A stretch of 64,000 nt of DNA, taken from the IMG/VR virus record IMGVR_UViG_3300032296_002111, positions 3,880-67,879 of that record, one strand, 5' to 3'. Origin of the DNA: a virus. The first letter of the stretch is position 1. Every line of letters begins with the position of its first letter. Both the position numbers and the translations under genes were made by a program. This document shows, one piece after another, positions 9,951 through 19,116 of this stretch. The notes under the pieces are model-generated. The model searched no databases. It was given only the letters and a program-made list of their open reading frames with translations, and was not told where the DNA came from.

Positions 9951-9958
9951 CAAATGTA
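9951..9958 (-). promoter_or_regulatory. TAnnTTTG box 4 nt upstream of ATG
   Basis: TACATTTG on minus strand; ATG at 9946. Confidence 0.65.
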
Positions 9959-10039
9959 AAACTAATATTGGGCAAAATTGCGCTGCGTGAAAAAAAATGA
10001 AATGAATATTTCTTTCAAAATTAGTAACTTGCGCCTATT

Positions 10040-10753
10040 ATGCTTGAGCAGCTAATCACCACCGTAATCACCTACCTTAACGCTTCGGGCTACTACAAGA
10101 CAGCCGAGGAAATCAAGAATGCCATTAACGTGGCCCAGCTTGACCTTTATAAGCGACTGAGGGGCAACCTTGTACAATATGCCCCAGGAAGGCCGCAGGC
10201 TGCCATTAACCCCGAACAGACAAACGTAACGGCTGATGCCATTTCGGAATTGTATTACACAATGGCGTTACAAGGAGGAAGATATGCCGACCTGAATGTA
10301 GCAGCCACAACATACAACAGAACCATTGACCTCGTAATGTCATTGGAGGTGGCATATAAAGACAGCCCGAATACGCTATATCCCGTGAACATTGTTCCGG
10401 ATAATCAGTTTTTAATGCTGTCTAAGAACCCCGTTGTGCCTCCTGTAAAGGAACGGCCATTGGGAAGACTTAGTAGGTCGTTGGTGTATGAAGTGTTGCC
10501 CTATCAGAACGCAAGCAATCAAATCATTATTGATAGCTTTGAGACAAGGGTGCTTACGCTTCCCAACCCCGTAGATTTTGTATTTACAGAAAGCAATGGC
10601 CCGATACCTAACATCATTATTACTTCTCCGATTGATTGGTCTGATGACAAATTGGATAACATGGTGTATGGCACGGTGGCAAACCTTGGTTTCAATCTTT
10701 CAAATGGTGTCTTAGTTCAAAGCGGAAACGCAATGAACAATTCCGTACTCTAA
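10040..10753 (+). CDS. Putative head-tail ring/adaptor protein
   Basis: First of three 210-250 aa genes before the cargo genes; NASGY..AEEIKNAINVAQ N-terminus like podoviral tail-tube/adaptor proteins. Confidence 0.5.
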   Translation: MLEQLITTVITYLNASGYYKTAEEIKNAINVAQLDLYKRLRGNLVQYAPGRPQAAINPEQTNVTADAISELYYTMALQGGRYADLNVAATTYNRTIDLVMSLEVAYKDSPNTLYPVNIVPDNQFLMLSKNPVVPPVKERPLGRLSRSLVYEVLPYQNASNQIIIDSFETRVLTLPNPVDFVFTESNGPIPNIIITSPIDWSDDKLDNMVYGTVANLGFNLSNGVLVQSGNAMNNSVL

Positions 10754-10754
10754 T

Positions 10755-11396
10755 ATGGACTATAACTACATTGCGAACCAAATCGTTCTCCTTTACACAG
10801 GAGGAAGGCCGACAACAGAGGGCATAGATGTCCGTGAGGTGGAGGCTTGGGTGAGAGAAGCCCATGCCACTATAGGACGGAGTGACTACTTTGAAAACTA
10901 CAAGGCGGAAAACCAGTCCACAGTGAATGGACAATGGCTCGTCAATTATCAGATTCCGTTGCTCACCAATCCTAATGGAACAATAGCCATTGATGCCGCT
11001 ACGGGATATGCCTCTGCGCCTCTTATTGATAGCTACATAGCACTTCCTAAGAACAGAGGCGTTGTGAGGGTGAGCATTGCCGACCCCGACTACAAGAAGA
11101 AGCGCCAAGTGGCCTTCATTAGCTTTGAGAACTACGAGAACATTCGTGGAGGAAGCGCCATTAAGTTCGCAGGGGATTATTTCTATTCCTTGGTGGCTAA
11201 GACGATATTCCTGCTCCCTGCTTGTAACAATCCAATAAAGGTGAAGCAGCTTACGGTGACGCAGGCGGTGGCTAACGATGCCACATTGAACGACAGCCAC
11301 ATTATGCTCATTGTTAATCAAGTGATGCCTTTAATGAACCTGCGTTATTCTCGCAAGGCCGATATGGTGACAGACGCAAACCCCAATAGCATTTAA
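10755..11396 (+). CDS. Putative ring/adaptor virion protein
   Basis: Size and position in the structural operon. Confidence 0.45.
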   Translation: MDYNYIANQIVLLYTGGRPTTEGIDVREVEAWVREAHATIGRSDYFENYKAENQSTVNGQWLVNYQIPLLTNPNGTIAIDAATGYASAPLIDSYIALPKNRGVVRVSIADPDYKKKRQVAFISFENYENIRGGSAIKFAGDYFYSLVAKTIFLLPACNNPIKVKQLTVTQAVANDATLNDSHIMLIVNQVMPLMNLRYSRKADMVTDANPNSI

Positions 11397-11401
11397 TAAT
11401 T

Positions 11402-12142
11402 ATGTTAGCAGATAAGGTAGATAGCATCGTAGGCGTTGTAATGGAAGAGCTTGGGGCTACGGCCAACCAACAGTTCGTGTTTATGAACTGGGCCTTGGAC
11501 TTTGTTCGTTCCATGCAGAAGGACGTGGCCACCATGATTCCTGATAGGAACAAGGAAATATTCTACGAGTTCGACAAATATGGCTACAATGTGGCCAAGC
11601 TGCCGGGCGACTACTATGACTACATAAGCGTAGGGGCGCAAATAGGACGCTACGTTAAGGGCCTTGCTATCAATAACCGCCTCACCACCCACAAGAGGCA
11701 GCCTGAGATATTCCCGCTTCTCCAAGAGAGCAACCAAAACATTTGGTATTGGGGCGGCTTGTACGGCTACGGAATGGGCTACGTTGGGGGCGGTCCTGTG
11801 GATGCTTACGGAAACGGAGGCGACTATGGAGATGTGGAAATTGACTACGAAAGGAAGCTGCTCATCACCTCTCCTACGTTCCGCTTTAAGAACGTAATTC
11901 TGAACTATTACACGAATTGCATCACTCCTTCGGAGGAAACTGTGATTCACCCTTGGTTCATTGAGGCCATGAAAAACTATTTGTATTACAAATATTATTT
12001 CTTCAGGGGCGATGCAAGATGGCAAGTGAGTAAAATGGAATACGAAAAACTTTATTTATTTGCCGTCCAAAGTAAGTATAGGATGAAAATCCCCACTATT
12101 GTTAAAATTGTTGAACGCATTAGAGGCTATAGACACGGCTAA
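11402..12142 (+). CDS. Putative tail tubular/ring protein
   Basis: KLPGDYYDYISVG and IHPWFIEAMKNYLYYK resemble crAss-like tail tubular proteins. Confidence 0.55.
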   Translation: MLADKVDSIVGVVMEELGATANQQFVFMNWALDFVRSMQKDVATMIPDRNKEIFYEFDKYGYNVAKLPGDYYDYISVGAQIGRYVKGLAINNRLTTHKRQPEIFPLLQESNQNIWYWGGLYGYGMGYVGGGPVDAYGNGGDYGDVEIDYERKLLITSPTFRFKNVILNYYTNCITPSEETVIHPWFIEAMKNYLYYKYYFFRGDARWQVSKMEYEKLYLFAVQSKYRMKIPTIVKIVERIRGYRHG

Positions 12143-12145
12143 AAT

Positions 12146-13657
12146 ATGGCACAGGAAACAGCAGGAACCATTGGCATTCCGGTAATAAAGAACGAGGTAC
12201 TTCCGTATGTTGTTGATTACGCCAAAAGAAGACAAAGGGCAGAGGAATTAGACGCTCGTAGGAAACAACAAGAAGCCTTAGCTGCCGCCAAGAAAGAAGA
12301 ACAGCTTGCCTCTGCTTTCAAGATGCAGACTGGTCGTGGACGCCTTTTTGGCCACTTGGATGATGCCGAGAATACAAAGGACATTCAAGAGGGTGTTAAT
12401 ATATTTAAAAGTGGTGCTGGAAGTGCTGCCGATAGAATTATGACTGCCAACGTACTTCAGAATAGACTCAATCAACGCAAGAGTTTATCTGAGGGATTGG
12501 ATAAAGATTATGAACAAACGCTGAAAGGACTTGAAAACTCCTATGTGAGGATGGACTACCCAACTATGCAGGCATGGGCTTCACAGCAGACATCGTATAA
12601 GCCTGCCCAAGAGTTTTCCGAGTCTGTAAAGAATGACCCACGCTTTGTCAATCTTGACAAAATAGGAGAGACGGCAAAGAACTATGGAACTTACGAATAT
12701 AAGTTTCGTGATGCCAAGGGGAATGAAAGGTCTGTAACGCAAAGCCCATTGTTTGAATACAAGATGGAGAAAGACCCTGTATTGGGAATAGAAACTCCAA
12801 AAGTGGCGGGAGTGAAAGCAGACGTTGCTCAGGCCATTATTGAAAGGGACCCTGAAATGCAAAGGGCCGCATCTGTATGGATAAAGCAGCGCAAACAAGA
12901 TTTAACTAAACTTAATCCTACTGCCGACCCTGTACAAATTGAAGATAGGGCAACGCAGGATTTTATGGACACAGCTTTCCGTAAGTTTGGCGAGATTAAA
13001 TATGGCACAAGCGCCCCAATGCCAACTAGGGCGGGAGCGAAAGGAGGAAGAGCGCCTGGCGCTGCCGTTACGGCCACTGGACCATCTTCGGTTGTTGTTA
13101 AGACATATAAAACAGTTAAGCCACAAGGTACTTCTGACTACCCAGAATTTAGCACCCAGCAAGTTAAAATAGGAAGTGACAGTGACCGACAATATACTTT
13201 CAAGAAAGAATATACCTTAGATAAAAATAAGGCGGTCGTGCTTTTGCAGCCTCAAGACGAAAGCTTTAACGACATAGTAGAAAGGAATCCTAATAATGGC
13301 AGGTTTACGCTTAAGCAAAACATAAGGTTTTCTAATGCTACAGAAAGAATAGTAAACACGCTTGATGAGGACTACATTAGCCAACAGGGTACTAAGAACG
13401 AACAGCTTATAAAAGCAGGAACGCCTGTGTCTGATGATTTTTACAAAGCGGTGATGTCTGGAAGCTATAAGGGTGGAAGAAGGCCGAAAATGTCAAAGTC
13501 TTTTGGATATGAGATTGCGGGAACGGTATATGATGCAAAGAACAATCCTATTAAAAGCATAAGCATTTTTGTTCCAGAAAGTCAAGCAGGCACAATAAAG
13601 AACGCAATAGAGCTAGGAGAGGCAGAAGAGACAAGCGAAAATCCTTGGGATAAATAG
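12146..13657 (+). CDS. Putative internal virion (cargo) protein
   Basis: 503 aa, coiled-coil N-terminus, precedes the giant proteins. Confidence 0.5.
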   Translation: MAQETAGTIGIPVIKNEVLPYVVDYAKRRQRAEELDARRKQQEALAAAKKEEQLASAFKMQTGRGRLFGHLDDAENTKDIQEGVNIFKSGAGSAADRIMTANVLQNRLNQRKSLSEGLDKDYEQTLKGLENSYVRMDYPTMQAWASQQTSYKPAQEFSESVKNDPRFVNLDKIGETAKNYGTYEYKFRDAKGNERSVTQSPLFEYKMEKDPVLGIETPKVAGVKADVAQAIIERDPEMQRAASVWIKQRKQDLTKLNPTADPVQIEDRATQDFMDTAFRKFGEIKYGTSAPMPTRAGAKGGRAPGAAVTATGPSSVVVKTYKTVKPQGTSDYPEFSTQQVKIGSDSDRQYTFKKEYTLDKNKAVVLLQPQDESFNDIVERNPNNGRFTLKQNIRFSNATERIVNTLDEDYISQQGTKNEQLIKAGTPVSDDFYKAVMSGSYKGGRRPKMSKSFGYEIAGTVYDAKNNPIKSISIFVPESQAGTIKNAIELGEAEETSENPWDK

Positions 13658-13670
13658 ATAATAAAGACCA

Positions 13671-16600
13671 ATGGCAATACAAGGCGAAGAATCAAGAAGG
13701 CAGCTATATCGTGACTTGCTTAATGACAAGTCGCTTGGATATGCCGATAAGATAAGGAAGTATTCTTTTAATAGCTTTCAGGACAAACTTCTTAATGACG
13801 ACAAAGCTCAGGCAAGGCTAACCTCTGACCTTATTGAGAAAGGAAAGGTGAAGGACGGCACAGAGTTCTACGAGAAGTACATTCTTGACGAAGTTAAGCC
13901 AGCCCCCGCCCCCAAGGCCGCCCCTGTCGCCCCAGTCCAACAGGTTGTTGAGCCGATGGCTATGGAGGAAGAGGCATACATTCCAGAACCTCAGCCTGCC
14001 GTAGGAACAACCGAATACGACAAGCAACTTCAGAAGCAATACGGAGGAATGGCTCCTACATTAGGAGCGACATTCGGAGGTGCGCCTGCCGCCTTTGAAA
14101 CGCCTGAACAGAAGAAACAGGAACAAATCAGTCCTGCTTTCAAAGCGCAGAAATTAGCCTTTGAGGAAGTTCCTATTGCCTCCGAACAACGGAGAGCGCA
14201 AAGGGAATTTGCTAAGGCCACGAAGGAACAACAGAAGGCTGCCGTAATGGGAGGGACTGGGTTTGAGTTATCTCAAAATGTTGCAGATGAAAATAGGGCT
14301 GCTGCGCAAAAACTAAAAGATTTTGGCTATTCTATTGGGGCGCTTTTTGATAATGTGATTGACAAATCAAAGGCTGCCGAGGCAATGTTTGGCGCTAAAC
14401 AAAGAAGCCTATTAACCTTTGGAGATAAACGCAAGAAAGCAGAAGAGCAGGAGAAGAGGGTAAAGCAAGGCATTGTTGATTATGTTGACCAATTAGACCA
14501 AGAGTTTGCCGCAAAGCAAGCAGACTATAACATTAATGGAAACTTATTTGACGTTATAAGTAAAGGCCAATTGGATAGAATCCCAGAAGCATTTGCCTAT
14601 AATTTAGCACAGATAGGAGTTCAGGCTCTTGCCGCATCACAAACAGGAGGGTATTCTATGTTTGCCCAAATATTCCCAGATTTGTATAAGTCGGGAGTAG
14701 AGGAAATAGCAAAGAAAACAAAAACCACTCCTGAGCAAGTAATTGCAAGCGGGAATGATAGGGAACTTCTTTCCTATCTTGGAGGCACTTTAAGCGGATA
14801 TATTGAGAATTTGTCGGGAGGAATACTTGGCAAGGCAATGAAATCAAAAGGCGCTTACAAGTTTATTCGTGACAAGGCTCTTGACAAAATAGGAAAAACA
14901 AAATGGAAGCAAGCTGCTGCTTCTGGTATTGCTCTTACAGGAACAGCAGGACTTGAAGGAGCAACAGAAGGAACGCAAGGGTTGGTTGAAATAGCTGCTC
15001 CACAAATTGCCTCAGCCGAATCATTCAAGGAGGCAAGAGAGAATATCTATGGCGAACTACAAAAGCCAAGCACACAAAAAAGACTTGCAGGCGATATTGT
15101 TGGAGGTGTTGCTGGAGGTGGTGGCATAGCTGCTGGAGGTCGTGCTTTAGATAGGATTCTTCAAGGAGATTATGGGTATGGAGATGTGCGGAAAGCTCCT
15201 GCTACGCAACGTGTCGATTATGATATTATCCAAACGGACAAAAAGCTAGAAACTCGCAAAAAAGCCATTCAGGCAATGGAAGAAGCCGTTAAGGCCAATC
15301 CAGAAGCAGAAGGGCAAATCAGGCAGCAGTTTCAAAAGCAGATTGATGCCGCTGCTCCAACGAATGAGGAAGTCATTAATGCCTACGAAAGTACGGCACA
15401 GCTTCCTGAATCGGAAGAGAAGGCCAAGATACAGCAGAATCTTGAGGCTTACATGGCCGAGAAGGGCATACGGCCCGAAGCCGTTGGGCAGGAAGCCGGA
15501 CTTGGTGAATTGATGCGTAGAGAAGCCCCCGAAGCTCCCGTTGCCGAAGAAGTGGTGGACGATAACGAATATGCCAATTTTATTGACAATGGAGTTGTTT
15601 CCGAAGAAAGGCTAAATGACATTGCCGAAAAGGTTAGGAATAGAGAACAACTTACCGAAAGAGAAACCGCAATATTCACCGATAAGGCAGGCGAAATTAA
15701 CGCAATAATTGAGAGCCAATCTACTGAAGTTGCTCCCGAAGAAACCATTCCCGTAGAGGAGGACGAAGACTTAGCGGCCCTGAACGAACAGATTGCCGCA
15801 ATAGAGAACGCTCCTGCGGAAAGAGAAATGGTTCCTGCCGCTCCTAAGGTAAGATTTGAGTTACCAAAATTGAACGTGACTCTCCCAGAAGGATTTGCCC
15901 CTGCATTGCGTAAACTTGGGTACACGGATGAAGAAATATCCGGAATGACCATTGACCAACAACAGGACATTGCTATAAACAAAACTGAACCAGCAAGGGC
16001 AGAAAGCAGTTCAAAGGTTGATGTCGCAAAGGAGAATCAAAGAGTAGAAAGGATTGCGGAGGCTCAAAAGAAGTTAGATGAGGAGATTGCTGCCGAACAA
16101 GCCGCCCCCGTTGCTGCCGAGGAGGAAATAGTCGAGGCCGTTCCTGCCCCCGCTCCGAAAAAAGGGAAAGGAGTAACGGTTGAGTTTCCAACTGAACTTT
16201 CTGTTAGCGAAGTTAAGCCTTATGCAGAAGTACCCGATAACTATTACCGCCCTGACCAGCAGTTAAAGTTCAATCAAGGCAACTACTACGAACCTGTTAG
16301 AGTGATTGCTCATCCCGATGTGATTAGGGCAATAACGATTGGAAGTAGATTAGGGGATGCTCAAAAAAGGAAAACGGTTTCTGATAGCGATATTGAGTTT
16401 GCAAATAAAATTGCCAAGCAACTTGGGTACACCAATGATGCGGGTAATGGCAATGCAATTATGCTCCATAGAGCCGCAAAAGACCTTGCAAAAGAAAATA
16501 GGAGCAAGAATGAAGAGGTCTTTATGGTGATTGGCAACGAGGCAAAAGCCCCCAAACCAACGCCCGTAACGCCCACTGCCGCTCCGAAGGCACAGCCTGT

Positions 16601-18623
16601 GGCGGAGAAGAAGGAGGAGAAGCCCGCTCCGAAAAAAAGAGAACCAAAAAGTATTTATGAGGCAGAAGAGGCGGTAAGACAAACTTTATCAGAATCTCCA
16701 TTAAAACAAGAAGCAGCAGAACAAGCAAGAATAGAGAAGGAGGCTTTGCGAAAAGAAGATGCGGCAGAAACTTTGTCTGATTTTGTTGCTAAATCTCAAG
16801 ACCCTGATTTGCAAAAAGGATGGTATGATTTAAGGCAATTGGATTATCAGAAATTCAATCAATATACTCCAGCAAACAAGGCAAAGATACTTGTAGATAA
16901 AGCGATTTCTTTAGGATTTATAACCGAAAACGAAGCAAAGCGTTTAACGGGCAAACCCGAAAAAGCCGAAACCACCCCCGCCACAGAAACCCCCCAAGAA
17001 GGCAGCGATGTGAGCCTTCCTCCGCAGTCCAAATACACCACAGAACCTCGCAAAATGGTGTTTAAGGATGGAGAGTGGAAGCAGAATGTCGGAGGGCAGT
17101 TCGTTTCCGTAGGCGAGTCCGTTCAGAAGCAGGCGCAGGAAGCGTTTTCAGGGAAGATGGAGGCAAAGGCAGAGGAAGTCCTTGCAGAACCATTAACGGA
17201 GCAAGAAAAGGAAATAACAAAAGAGATAAACATTACAGAAAATGAAGCAGCAGCAGCAAAACAATCGAGCCCAAAGCGTACACGAAAATCTAAATCTGTT
17301 ACAGAGGCTATCGAGCGTGAAGCAACGAATGTTGAAAGTAGTGGAAGCGCAGAAAGGGCGGAAGAAGTCATTGAGGCCATCGAAGCAGCAGAAATCGCTA
17401 TTTTAAATAATGCAGAAGTTGATGAGTCTTTTGATGAAAAATATGGATTTAGCGCATTAAAATTTGCGGAGGACTACAACCTTGCGGGCAAAAGCGCAGA
17501 CCTATATGACATATACAAATCCGTTACAGGAAAAGAATTAGACACCGAAGGTAATTCATATAGGCCATCCGAAAAGGCGATTCAATTTGCCCAAGACCTT
17601 CTTTCCGCACTTGGCAGAGAGGGAATAAAACTTAAAAACCCTCTTGGAATAGATGGCATAACAATAAATATAGCCCCATCCCCTGTTAAACCATTCTCAA
17701 AAACAGGAACAGATGCTTTGCAAGAATTAGTGGGCAAAGACGATATGCGGCCAAGTATGCAGGGCGTTTATTTTGATGGGGACAATATGGTGGCTACGAA
17801 TGGGTTTATATTAACTGTTCAGAAAAAAACAGAATCGGATAGGGAAATCATAGAAAAGGCGGAGGCTTTATTGGTTAAATCTTTATCAAAAAACTTTGCT
17901 CCAAATGATGCAAGACAAATAGCATCAAAAACATACGAGGAAATAAAGAAAAATGGACTTAATGGTAAAATAATAAACCTAAAAACAGGAGAAGTTATTG
18001 ACCAAAAATATCCGGACTATCAAAACGTAATACCGAAAAAAAACGAAACCAAAACAGGCAAGATGAGCATACAAGACCTCATAAATCTTGCCAATGGTGC
18101 AAATATTACGCTATCTAACAACAATAAGGAAGTAAGGCCGATAGTATTTTCAATAAAAGGGGACGAGCAGTTTGAAATAGGTCTTGATGCAAAAGGGCTT
18201 AAAGACCTTCTTCAATCATTGCAAGGAAGTGGAGCAAAAAGCGTAACACTTGAACTTCAATCACCAAGCAAAGGGGTTTTAATAAAGGGAGATAATGGGA
18301 GCATTGGGCTTATAATGCCCGTAATGATAGGCGAGGAAATAAAAAATCGTTCCCAACCTATCCCATTAGAAACGAAGCCCGCTCCCAAAGCCCCCGAAAC
18401 GAAGGGTGCTGAGGAAACGATGCCAACGGCAGAATTCACCTCCAAACAAGAAGGCAACGCTTCCACAGAATTTGACGGCATAAAGAAACCATCAAAAATC
18501 AAAACGAAGTCCTTTGACAACAAATACGGAAAGGGAGCCTTTGAGCGTATGCAGAACATCACGCAGAACTTTGAAGACATAATGGACGGCCTGTCCGAGA
18601 AAATAAAACAAGATTGTCTATAA
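13671..18623 (+). CDS. Giant internal virion/ejection protein with C-terminal beta-clamp-like domain
   Basis: 1650 aa, A/E/K-rich with glycine-zipper segment; DDMRPSMQGVYF, VATNGFIL, KYPDYQNVIP, LIMPV near C-terminus. Confidence 0.6.
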   Translation: MAIQGEESRRQLYRDLLNDKSLGYADKIRKYSFNSFQDKLLNDDKAQARLTSDLIEKGKVKDGTEFYEKYILDEVKPAPAPKAAPVAPVQQVVEPMAMEEEAYIPEPQPAVGTTEYDKQLQKQYGGMAPTLGATFGGAPAAFETPEQKKQEQISPAFKAQKLAFEEVPIASEQRRAQREFAKATKEQQKAAVMGGTGFELSQNVADENRAAAQKLKDFGYSIGALFDNVIDKSKAAEAMFGAKQRSLLTFGDKRKKAEEQEKRVKQGIVDYVDQLDQEFAAKQADYNINGNLFDVISKGQLDRIPEAFAYNLAQIGVQALAASQTGGYSMFAQIFPDLYKSGVEEIAKKTKTTPEQVIASGNDRELLSYLGGTLSGYIENLSGGILGKAMKSKGAYKFIRDKALDKIGKTKWKQAAASGIALTGTAGLEGATEGTQGLVEIAAPQIASAESFKEARENIYGELQKPSTQKRLAGDIVGGVAGGGGIAAGGRALDRILQGDYGYGDVRKAPATQRVDYDIIQTDKKLETRKKAIQAMEEAVKANPEAEGQIRQQFQKQIDAAAPTNEEVINAYESTAQLPESEEKAKIQQNLEAYMAEKGIRPEAVGQEAGLGELMRREAPEAPVAEEVVDDNEYANFIDNGVVSEERLNDIAEKVRNREQLTERETAIFTDKAGEINAIIESQSTEVAPEETIPVEEDEDLAALNEQIAAIENAPAEREMVPAAPKVRFELPKLNVTLPEGFAPALRKLGYTDEEISGMTIDQQQDIAINKTEPARAESSSKVDVAKENQRVERIAEAQKKLDEEIAAEQAAPVAAEEEIVEAVPAPAPKKGKGVTVEFPTELSVSEVKPYAEVPDNYYRPDQQLKFNQGNYYEPVRVIAHPDVIRAITIGSRLGDAQKRKTVSDSDIEFANKIAKQLGYTNDAGNGNAIMLHRAAKDLAKENRSKNEEVFMVIGNEAKAPKPTPVTPTAAPKAQPVAEKKEEKPAPKKREPKSIYEAEEAVRQTLSESPLKQEAAEQARIEKEALRKEDAAETLSDFVAKSQDPDLQKGWYDLRQLDYQKFNQYTPANKAKILVDKAISLGFITENEAKRLTGKPEKAETTPATETPQEGSDVSLPPQSKYTTEPRKMVFKDGEWKQNVGGQFVSVGESVQKQAQEAFSGKMEAKAEEVLAEPLTEQEKEITKEINITENEAAAAKQSSPKRTRKSKSVTEAIEREATNVESSGSAERAEEVIEAIEAAEIAILNNAEVDESFDEKYGFSALKFAEDYNLAGKSADLYDIYKSVTGKELDTEGNSYRPSEKAIQFAQDLLSALGREGIKLKNPLGIDGITINIAPSPVKPFSKTGTDALQELVGKDDMRPSMQGVYFDGDNMVATNGFILTVQKKTESDREIIEKAEALLVKSLSKNFAPNDARQIASKTYEEIKKNGLNGKIINLKTGEVIDQKYPDYQNVIPKKNETKTGKMSIQDLINLANGANITLSNNNKEVRPIVFSIKGDEQFEIGLDAKGLKDLLQSLQGSGAKSVTLELQSPSKGVLIKGDNGSIGLIMPVMIGEEIKNRSQPIPLETKPAPKAPETKGAEETMPTAEFTSKQEGNASTEFDGIKKPSKIKTKSFDNKYGKGAFERMQNITQNFEDIMDGLSEKIKQDCL

Positions 18624-19114
18624 TGAAAGAATCACTATTAAAAGCCAGCGACAAGAAGCTGCTGAACGAAGCCGTAGGACACGAACTCTACGCTTCCAAC
18701 TTTTACAAGTATGCCGCCTCCTGCTGTCAGAAGCAGGGCCTATTCGGAGCGCAGAAGTTCTTTGAAGCGGAATCCGCTGATGAACTGAAACATTACTATA
18801 AGCTCCGTGACTTCTTTAACGACAGAGGGGACGAAGCCGATATGCCTCAAGTGGACGAGGTGGACTTCAAGGAAGGCATTGACCTCATGGGCATCCTTGA
18901 TGCTGCGTACAACCTTGAGAAGGACTTGGGAGAGTTCTATAACGACTTCTATTTCTCCACAAAGGATGCCACAGTGCAGGTGAGGATTCACAAGTTCGTG
19001 AAGATACAGACGAAGGCGGTAGGTGAATACGGAGACCTCCTTGCTCGTCTTTCCCTCGTTTCGGAATGTCCCGGAGGATTGTTAATTTTCGACCAAGAAT
19101 TAGGCAATAAATAA
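18614..19114 (+). CDS. Ferritin-like protein
   Basis: HELYASNFY, FFEAESADELKH, FFNDRG, AYNLEK, FVKIQ, LLIFDQELG: ferritin helix bundle with ferroxidase ligands. Confidence 0.85.
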   Translation: MSIMKESLLKASDKKLLNEAVGHELYASNFYKYAASCCQKQGLFGAQKFFEAESADELKHYYKLRDFFNDRGDEADMPQVDEVDFKEGIDLMGILDAAYNLEKDLGEFYNDFYFSTKDATVQVRIHKFVKIQTKAVGEYGDLLARLSLVSECPGGLLIFDQELGNK

Positions 19115-19116
19115 AC

